From contig CM060731.1 of NCBI GenBank assembly GCA_030704615.1, positions 10,478,001-10,542,000 on the forward strand: a stretch of 64,000 nucleotides of DNA, given 5' to 3'. A model generated the notes under the pieces. That model searched no databases and was not told the origin of the DNA. It saw only the letters and a program-made list of their open reading frames with translations. Each line of letters starts with the position of its first letter. Within the stretch, counting starts at the first letter, position 1. This document shows, in pieces, positions 54,505 through 64,000 of this stretch. Position numbers and translations under genes: made by a program. The stretch is from Takakia lepidozioides. Lineage: Eukaryota > Plantae > Bryophyta.

Positions 54505-56626
54505 TTCGGGCTCAGATGATCGCACTTCCCTGTTCAGATTGATTTCATGATCTTCTCGAATTTTTGAGGATCAAAGTGTTCACATCGTAATCTGGACAAT
54601 CTGATTTTACTAGAATCTTGGTCGTGAACAGCCTTCGGATAGCAAATGAACATACTGAAATCATCACTTTCAGGACACGCTCAAGTGCTACCAAAAGGCT
54701 CTGGGCAAAGCCCAGGTTATTCACGAGCTTCTCATATCCTTGAGCACTTATAGATACATGTCAGGCCAAAGGGATAGGTAGTCTGAAAGTTCCACTACCA
54801 TGTACAGTATTCAGTTTATTATTGAACGCGCTTAAGCGATTTTGTCCCAAGAGCTGAGCATAGAAGCATGCAACCGTTCAACAAAAGATTTTATTGATCA
54901 GTCTGTGGAGATTCTGGCTGTAAGGCTTGCAATGTGTGACTCTTGGCTTCTACCTTCTTGCACGGAGAGGTATGTGTTAGCATAGAACATTTCATAGATG
55001 AATTCTGTTGATCTATTGGTCCTGCATCCGTGGATATTGTTGGATGGCTCTACCCTGGAGTCCGCATCGTCTCCATTGAGGAAACAAGGAAGAACCCCAA
55101 CTCCAAGAGGATTATAGAGCCAAGGAGAGGCAGGCTTTCGGATTATGTGAAAACAATTCGAGTGTCAACCTCATGACAATGATGGGGACAGTGATGGCAG
55201 CGTGCTGCAACACTCTCCTGAGCTCGCAGGGAGACGCCATACCTCATGCCTTTTCTTCTCCTGTGAAGGAGCGGGAAGCCTCACAGCAGAGAGTCCAGGG
55301 CATGGCTGTGGAGCTGAAATGGGCATCCAGCTTGGAAAATTCCGGCCCCGGCCTCTTGCAAGTGATGCCTCCCGAGCCTCGGATGTCGGAGAAAGGTATA
55401 GGTCTACATGTAATCTTTGCGAATTTTATTGTGGGTCTCTACACTACGCGCGTCGGAGCCATCAGGCTCTATAATGTGCTCCAGCAGAAACTGCGTCCAT
55501 GTTGGTAGAAGTAGTCCTTTCTATGGTGAGTGTAACGGACACCCTCGAGCTCTTTCAACATCTCTCCTGAAATTTATGAAGTACTTGATATGTTTATTTT
55601 GTCCTCACTGATTGCCTCACAAAGCATAGTCCATAGGTCCTGTGGGATACCCTCATTTTGGCGAAATAGCTACACATTTTGAGTTCACTCCTCAAAGTGG
55701 AGCAGTGGTTACAACCATGTGGAGCACAATTTTATGGTCTCTCTGTAGGGTGCAGAGCAACAATTACCGGCCACACTGAGGGATGGACAAGGGAGGGATG
55801 TCAACGAGGGATGTCCAATTATGATATCAATTGACTGTTTCCTGGTAACGTTGGTTATCACATGGCGTAGTCCTCCAGCGAGTTGTGGGGTTTCTACCCA
55901 CCAGAGTATGGACCCTCAGCCCACAAACTTTATACAGACACCAATGTGAGGCAGAAGAACAACACAGTGGAGAACAAATAACACCATAAATAAACAACAG
56001 AAATAAACATTGCAACTTGCACCGAAAGCTCAGATAGTTTATTGGACAAAGAAAACCCAAAGAAACATAGAATCGTACCCTGATGACCCCCAGTAGTACT
56101 ATCGCACGGGAAGTGATTCTCAAAGTTGGACAGCTTTGCTTAAATAGAGAAGTTTTAAGAAGGCCTGTGTTAGCCCTTATCAAAAAGACTCGGACAAGTA
56201 AGAGGTACTCAAGATCTATGTTCAGGTGGTGTTTGCATGCAGGCAAAAGAAGGAGCAGAGATCCGCTCTGGCAGAAGTTCTACAGATTCTTCAGAGTGGT
56301 GGGACACGAAATGTGAGGATTCATTTAGGACATGAAGAGTTTGTCTAGGAGGGCTTGTCACTGAAACTGGCATGATGATGTTTTGTGGACAGGATTGTTC
56401 CCAATTGCTTACATCGGTGACATTGTTGCTTTTTCTCTCAAAAGAGCAGAAAAAAAGAGCTTCTTACTGTTGCTGGTCTTTGGTTGTTCTTGCTTGCGAG
56501 TAGGCCATAAAAGCAGGTCACTCAAGGTTGTTCCCTGTTGTTTGAAAGATGCTTGGAGCTTTCCTGGTTTGTGCGAGGCTGTAGTCGAAGCTCTGGTTAC
56601 TCAGCCTCCACTTATTGTCTCTACAG

Positions 56627-59267
56627 AGAAGTCCCAGTTCACCAGACTTCAGACATATACGCAAAAAGGACGACCTTTGGGTTGAGGGTTGGTCTAACCC
56701 TCCATGGGTGAAAGCTAAGCTAGCTGCCATAGTTGAAGGTCAAGCACAATGTGTTGATGTGAGGACACTATGTATGGCAGGACGAGTGAAAGAAGCCCTG
56801 CATGTTTTGAACCAGCAGGATATTTCAGCAGACACCAAAACTTACGTCTGTCTCTTGCGTGAGTGCATTCACATGCAAGACCTAGCCAAGGGAAAGCAGG
56901 TGCATGCCCACATTATCTACAGTGGATACAAGCCAAACATCTTTGTACTGAACACCCTTGCCAATATGTATGTGAAGTGCGGCAGCCTAGTGAGTGCACG
57001 CCTTGTGTTTGACAAAATGCCTGAACGAGATATGTGTACATGGAATATAATGATGGCAGGATATGCCAAGCATGGGTGTAGTAGAGAGGCTGTTGAGATG
57101 TATGAGCAAATGATACAGGAAGTGGTGACACCCAATAGGGTCACTTTCATTGTTTGAAGGCTTGTGCCAACCTGGCAGCCCTGGAAAAAGGCATAAAGGT
57201 ACATGCTGATGTTATCAAAGCTGAAATTGGGCCAGATGTGGTTCTGGAGACTGCCCTTGTTGACATGTATTCCAAATGCGGAAGCATGAGGGATGCACGT
57301 CAAATGTTTGACAATATGTCTGGACGAAGTGTGGTCTCATGGAACGCCATGATCGCAGGGTATGCTCAGAATGGGTGTGGTATGGAGGCTTTCGAGATCT
57401 ATGAACAAATGGTAGTGGATGGGGTGATGCTTGACAGGGTCACGTTCATTTCCGTCCTCAAGGCATGTGCGAGCCTGGGAGCCCTGGAAAAGGGCATAGA
57501 AGTGCATTCTGACATCATCAAAGCTGGAATTCCACAAGATGTTATTCTGGAAACGGCCCTTGTCAATATGTATGCCAAATGTGGGAACTTAATGGATGCA
57601 CGTCAATTGTTCAACAGTATGGCTGAAAGAAATGTGATCTCATGGAACGGGATGATCGCAGGATATGCTCAGCATGGTTGTGGTCGGGAGGCTTTCGAGA
57701 TGTATGAGCAAATGATACAGGAAGGCATGACACCTAACAAGGTCACCTTCATTTGCATTCTCAATGCATGTGCCAGCCTGTCGGCCCTGGACAAGGGCAT
57801 ACAGGTCCATGGTCATGTGATTAAAACTGGAATTGCGCCAAATATTATTCTGGAGAATTCGCTTGTCGACATGTATGCCAAATGTGGGAGCATAAAGGAA
57901 GCGCGTCGAGTCTTCGACAATATGGCTAAAAGAGATGTGGTTTCATGGAATGCAATGATAGCAGGATATTCTCAGCATGGGTGTGGTAAGGAGGCCCTTC
58001 AATTATTCGGAAAAATGCAACAGGACAATATAGAGCCGAATGTGGTCTCTTGGAGCATGATGATTGGAGCATTTGCTCAATGTGGGCGGGCTATGGAGGC
58101 TTTCAAGATGTATGATCAAATGATACAAAAAGGGGTGGCTCCCAACAATGTCACCTTCACATGTGTTCTCAATGCGTGTGCCAGTGTGGCAGCCTTGGAG
58201 AAGGGCAAACAGGTCCATGGCGACATCATTGAAGCTGGATTTGTACCGGATATCAATTTGGGGAGTACCCTTGTCGACATGTATGCCAAATGTGGGAGCC
58301 TAAAGGATGCACGGCAAGTATTTGACGATATGACTGAACGAGATTTGGTCTTTGGAGTGCAATGATCGCAGCATATGGTCAACATGGGTTTGGTAAGGAG
58401 GCCCTGAAACTATTTGAACAAATGCAACAGGAAGGCTTGAAGCCGGACAATATCACCTTTGTTTGTGTTCTCTCTGCTTGTAGCCATGTGGGCTTAGTGC
58501 ATGAAGGACGTCACTACTTTGGTTCCATGAGTCAAGATCATGACCTCACTCCTGCAGTGGAGCATTTTGGGTGCATGGTGGACCTGCTTGGCCGCGCTGG
58601 GCGATTGCATGAGGCTGGGGACTTTATTAACCAAATGCCACTTCAACCAGATGCTGGGGTTTGGGGGGCCTTGCTGGGTGCCTGCAGAATTCATGGCGAT
58701 GTGCACATAGCAGAACAAGCAGCAAAATGCCTTCTCAAGTTGGATCCATTGGACGCTGCAACTTATGTGCTGCTGTCGAACATCTATACTGCTGCTGGCA
58801 GGTGGGACGATTTAGTGCATGTTAGAAAATTGATGCAGGACAGAGGTGTGAGAAAGGAACCAGGGCGGAGCTGCATTGAGGTAGACAATCAAGTGCATAC
58901 ATTCCTTGTGGATGACAGATGCCATGGACAAATTGAAGAAATCCTTGCTGAGCTGAAGAGATTGTTTGGGCAGATGAAGGAGGCCGGGTATGTGCCTGAC
59001 ACAAGCTTTGCATTGCACGATGTGGAAGAGGAGGTAAAGGAATCTTCTCTTTGCCACCACAGTGAGAAGCTGGCCATTGCTTTTGGGCTGATCAGTACAC
59101 CCCCAAGGACACCTATCCGCATCGTCAAGAACCTTCGGGTTTGTGGTGACTGCCACACTGCCTCCAAGTTCATCTCAAAGATTGTCGACCGAGCCATAGT
59201 TCTCCGGGATACTAACCGCTTTCACCATTTCCAAGACGGGGTGTGTTCTTGTGGGGATTACTGGTGA
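56627..59267 (+). CDS. PLS-class PPR protein with E/E+/DYW domain (organellar C-to-U editing factor); two frameshifts at ~57150 and ~58350
   Basis: P-L-S triplets; PGRSCIEV (PG box); HHSEKLA; KNLRVCGDCH; CSCGDYW. Start codon and 5' exon uncertain. Confidence 0.92.
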
Positions 59268-60187
59268 AGCTAGCAACATACATCAAGTGTGTCCCCTCAA
59301 ACAATGTGGAAAGGTGATAGTCTACCATTATTTCTGTAAGCAAATAGTATGTTGCAATCATTGAATGCGACAGTGAGCTTTCTGTTGGTAATCATCATTG
59401 AACAGAAAAAGTTGTGGACAACCTTCTGGCAAAGTTGTTGACAGATGGGATAGAACTATACATATGGAGATCCGGGAATCAAAAGTTTGAATCATCAGAC
59501 ATCCCAATGCTTATGGACACCTATTCCTTTTGCTGGCCTGATGGATCCCAGCTGTCCATTGATAGGAAGTGTTGTCCCCAACATCGCTGCCTGTGGTGAG
59601 ATTTAATTCTTCATTCTGATGAATTTCCTGCTCTTAAAAGCAGCTGTTCTTGGACACTTCAAGCTAGAAAGAGGAGTGAGGATTGGAAAAGTCAAAGAGT
59701 GGGGGCAAGTGTGCTAATCCCGTCTCTTGGATGTGGAACAGAAAGGCGGATCAATTACTTTGAGATGCGAGTGTGGAATTAGGGGGGTTGCAATTATAAT
59801 GATGAGGTTGGCAATACCTCACCCAAGTATTTTGCCTCTGGGATTAAGGGAGGTGACCGCATATATTGAAGTCCATGGTGGTCACCATTGAAGTCCATGA
59901 AACAATTTCATATAATTAGACTGTTACTTCACCGATAGCACTGTGAAAGATAGAAAACCAGGCTGCACCCTTTTGGAATTTTAGCTCCAAATGCAGGATT
60001 CACATGGTTGGAAAAGGGAAACATCCTGTCACAAATCAGGCCCCCTAATTATAGTGACAGGAGAAAATAATCTCTTTCAAAGTAACCTCGCCATGAGGCT
60101 CTGAGCGCAAGGCTGAAGTGAAGTAATGTAATACCCGACAAGGTAACAGGATTTGAACCCAGAATCACCTGTAGTGTTATAACTTAA

Positions 60188-61175
60188 CCCTTAAGTTCCC
60201 AAGCCCTTTTTTGACTTTTTACCAATTTTGGGTACCCAGCTGCAGTAAATTGCCCCTAGAAACCTACCAAAAATCATCCAGAGATTCCAGCCTTATAGCA
60301 ATGGGCCCATCTCATTTATGCATGACATACCAAAAAATGAGCCAAGTCCACCGTGCAAATTGTGAGATTATAACGTTGGCCCAGACCTCAAATATCAGGT
60401 CCCAAAGAAAAAGTGAGAAAGAAATTGGTTTGACCAAATTAAAACCTAGCTTTATCCAATTTTGCTTGCCCCAAGACCCACCATTTCCAAATCAATAGTG
60501 GAGTGGCTATGACCCAACTAAATTGCAGGTCCAACTGATTTTTTCACCTATGGTTGCTATTCATGCAATTACATGGGGGTTGAAATCTCAAAATTGACAA
60601 GAGAAAATGTGCCTCCAAATGAAGTACTTTTTTTTCTACAAATTTTTTAAAAGCCAATGGTGGATGTGTGTATGTAATGCTCACACACCACAAGGTGAAG
60701 TGCTTTTTCCAAAATTGCTAATTTTCTGCCAAAAATGGCCTTTGGAGTGCAATCTGTTTTTGGCTTGTTTACATGCCACGTCAGCGGTCAAAAAGTCCTT
60801 TTCAGGCCCAAAACGTGCCAAAAATGGCCTTTGGAGTGCAATCTGTTTTTGGCTTGTTTACATGCCACGTCAGCGGTCAAAAAGTCCTTTTCAGGCCCAA
60901 AACGTGCCAAAAATGGCCTTTGGAGTGCAATCTGTTTTTGGCTTGTTTACATGCCACGTCAGCGGTCCACAAGTCCTTTTCAGGCCCAAAACGTAAATGA
61001 GATTGTTTTTTTGTAGGTCGTTTTTTTTTTTTTTTTTTTTTTATTTTATCATACTCGAGACAAATCCCTTGTTATTAAAGCTTCAGGAGTGAGGCCCATC
61101 AGATTAGATCTGCAAAAATTAGGTCGAACTGCAAATTCAAAGTGACCCGATTCAGGTCGCTTGGGAACTTAAGGG
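60188..61175. mobile_element. Non-autonomous piggyBac-like element
   Basis: TTAA flanks at 60184-87 and 61176-79; perfect 17-bp TIRs CCCTTAAGTTCCCAAGC. Confidence 0.8.
60727..60994. repeat. 89-bp tandem repeat x3
   Basis: Units start at 60727, 60816 and 60905; near-identical. Confidence 0.95.
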
Positions 61176-61313
61176 TTAATCGCGATTTCTCACTTACACC
61201 CACATTTAGGGGTTAGGAAAAAAGTGGATCCATGAAATTAATAACTATGCTCGATTTAAAACAAACCGACATTTTGGACTGCTAGGAGTAATGGAGTGCA
61301 TAGGAACAGTTTC

Positions 61314-61387
61314 TGCTCCCGGCGGGGTTCGAACCCGCGACCTTCGGCTCATAAGACCGATGCTCTAACCAACTGAGCTACGGGAGC
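61314..61387 (-). tRNA. trnI-UAU: tRNA-Ile(UAU), intronless
   Basis: GCTCCCGTAGCTCAGTTGGTTAGAGC...CTTATGA...GGTTCGAACCCCGCCGGGAGCA cloverleaf. Confidence 0.96.
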
Positions 61388-61657
61388 TCACACACTTTCT
61401 CTCTGGAGTTAGGACTATATACTGACTCTTATGTCAGGATCAGCCCCCCTCTTGCTTCCTTGGCAGTGGACACCAATTGCTATGTTTGTTTGCTTGATTT
61501 TCCACAGCCACCAACTATGTATAGGCACCCCTGTTCCAGAGGCCGTTTCCCACGTAGGATCGGGCCTGTCCTACGTGGGGCTCACCTTTTATGCCAGAAC
61601 ATGCGTGTGTGTGTGGAGGTGTTGAAGCAGATTTGGTGCGAGTGCGAGAGAGCAAGC

Positions 61658-62077
61658 ATGGCAGCCTCCTCTCTGCTTCACTCTGCGCAGCTGCCCACCT
61701 TTTCGTTCTGCAGAGCTGCAGAAATCACAAAAGAATCGAGCCACAGCTTCACCCAGCTTGCCACTAGCCATGCCATGAATTCAGCCAGGAATTCACCTTC
61801 TTTCCACACTCCAGAATATTGCTCCGGGAATGCGGTGGCTACTCAGAGACGGGTGGGACGATTTTGTGCATTTACGAGACCTACAGAGTTTCCTTCTGCG
61901 ACGAAGAGGTTACGAGCGAGAGTTTCAGAAATTTTCCCCGTGCCAGGTTCAGATTTTCGTTGTGGATATTTGAATTCCCCAGGGAAGTTTTGGAGGGTAA
62001 GGATGCGGGGAGGCCGGCAAAGAGAGAGGCGCATCTGCAAGGCGCGAGGAGGATTTGAACAAGATGAGAAAGGCGAG
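61658..62077 (+). CDS. First exon of a gene with a probable plastid transit peptide (continues beyond)
   Basis: MAASS start, Ser/Arg/Ala-rich, RRICKA-type cleavage motif, GT donor after GE. Confidence 0.5.
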
Positions 62078-64000
62078 GTCGAATCGGGCGCACATATTTG
62101 CATGTTTCCACTGCAGTAGGTCTTCTTCTCTCTATGTACGAAGGTGTAAAAGTAATACGTATTATTTGCGGTCCTCATCACCTCAGTCCCTTCCCACTTT
62201 CGACTCCCGATTCCTCTACAGATCCTCCTCCTCTATCCCGTTTTATTACTTTATGTTGTGTGTATGTGTTGTTGACCCTCTCCATGTATCTATGGATTGC
62301 CGATTGTGAGAACTTGGCAATTTGTCATGGTTTATCTAGATCCCTCCGGCTGGTGTCCAATCAGAGAGGGAGAAAGTAAGGGAAGAAGCGACAGGTTGAG
62401 TGTATGAATTACTTTTGCAGAGAGAACAGACGATGGTTCTCCTGAGTCTCTCTTGGAGCGATCACTTTGTGTCCTCCCCACGTCGCATATCCTCTGCATT
62501 ATCTCTCCATATTATCTTGAATCTCTCTAGCTCACCTCCCACTCACCTTACTTGAAGAAATGAATAATCAACCATGGACAATAAGCTTTTTTAATCTGTT
62601 TGGCAAGCTTCTAAATGAGTGATATGCACTTGCCAATGTCCACTTTACATTCAGGGGTCAGTTTTGAAGCTACATATGCATGAAGTATTGTGTCAGGGAA
62701 ATAGACACATGCACTTTCAAGTGTTGATCTATTCATGTAGCTTGCGGAAGTCGACTGTTTAATCTGAATTTCACTACTGCAGGAGCTCGTGTTTGCCGAC
62801 AGAAACTGGCCAACTCCATGTGAGCTTTTCTTCTAACCCTAAACACCTTTTGAGTGTGTTGGCACGGAGTTGTAACGTCCTGAAATCTACCCTTAGCTTC
62901 TTCAAGGCCAGAGGCTTTCTGCTTCTTCACCTTTGAGCAATGTAATTGTTGTGGCTTGGTCTCTTAGCCTCAATCTCCTCCACTGCCCTTGAGGGCATAG
63001 TCTCTACTGAACCCTCCTGGAGCTGGTTGTGGAGTTTCTATCCACCAAAGCATGGAAGCCCAGCCTGAAGTTGCCATTGCCTCACACACGACAAGTTTTT
63101 ATGCATAACTAGTGTAGATATCACGCTACAGAACTCTTGAATGTTTATTTCCTCGAGCCCCAAGTGTGGCCACAGATCAAACACTTCAATCATAAGGAAA
63201 AGTGCACAGAATGCAAAGAACAGTGGACAAAAGAGAGAGGAAGAGACAGAAACAGAGACAGAGAACCAGGGGGTGGGTTGCTGATTCCTCTGTATGTCTT
63301 AGTTGTAACCTTCCCTTAAGCATCTTGTTCTCCACTGTGGTGAGCCAGTCATGGGTGATAACCAGGTGACACTTATTGTCAAATTGCTACACTTACTCAC
63401 AGTCAATCACAATCTGTTTGCAGGGATTTGAGTGTTGGTTGAAGAGACTCAGTGCCAATACTGATGGTATTTGCCTGAACATGCATATCCTATGAACTTA
63501 TTTTTTTGCGACTGCCAACACGCTCAGAGGCACTTGTCCGCGTGCAAACTCGACAGCCCGGTTGCAGGGTTATTTATTTTAGTTTGTATAGACCTATGTA
63601 TACCACAAATAACATGTATAGGGAAGGCATCCGCCCCTCACTCTGGGTTGTGTGCAAAAGTAGAGAGAGAATGTATTCAAAAGACTTTGTTTGCTGTAGC
63701 CTTGCATCCATAGACCCCGCACCCTGTTTGGACGGAAATTTCATAGGGAAAATAGGCACTACCTTTGTGAGGGGCTCACTCGAGTAGTCTGACTTACCTT
63801 GGTACAAACAATTAGTTTGGGCTTTCCAGATATCCTCTAGAAAGCCTTTCACACACGCATCAATCTGCTGTGTCAGCAGCCCAAAAGTTAGACCCCCACA
63901 GGGCCAGGCCTTTAGGCTCAGCCTTGAGATTTTCAAAGTTGGTGAACAGAGGTGCAGGAACCATGTTCGTGATGTTCTCGAAGAGGGCCACTCTCTGGTG

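Noticed and set aside
60607-61016. Overlapping ORFs
   Set aside because: Arise from the 89-bp tandem repeat.

Overview
Non-seed land-plant nuclear DNA (spliced genes, PLS-DYW PPR gene, plant tRNA-Ile). The left ~43 kb is a transposon nest and the right ~20 kb is genic. 1-8238 holds a chromodomain Ty3/Gypsy element inserted into the RT of a sister copy. 8239-29425 holds three nested, related Mutator-like (MULE) DNA transposons ending in a shared 22-bp terminus at 12620, 19486 and 29425. Pieced together they give the architecture TIR - [ParB/Srx-like domain + beta-class N6A/N4C DNA-methyltransferase-like gene] <- palindrome arrays -> [GCM-like Zn domain + MULE DDE + SWIM transposase] - TIR. The GAAATTCGGCGCCGAATTTC-type palindromes are spaced 53/64/74/85/96 bp apart, i.e. 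5-9 helical turns. This ParB-MTase plus phased-palindrome transposon is the best candidate for an undescribed system. Also present: CACTA, hAT and piggyBac-like non-autonomous elements, an RNaseH+RLE (Dualen-like) LINE fragment, PPR pseudogene debris, a 9-mer polyubiquitin with an A28T variant, a lipase gene, a frameshifted DYW-PPR gene, tRNA-Ile(UAU) and the first exon of a probable plastid-targeted gene. All calls are from reading the sequence; no searches were run.
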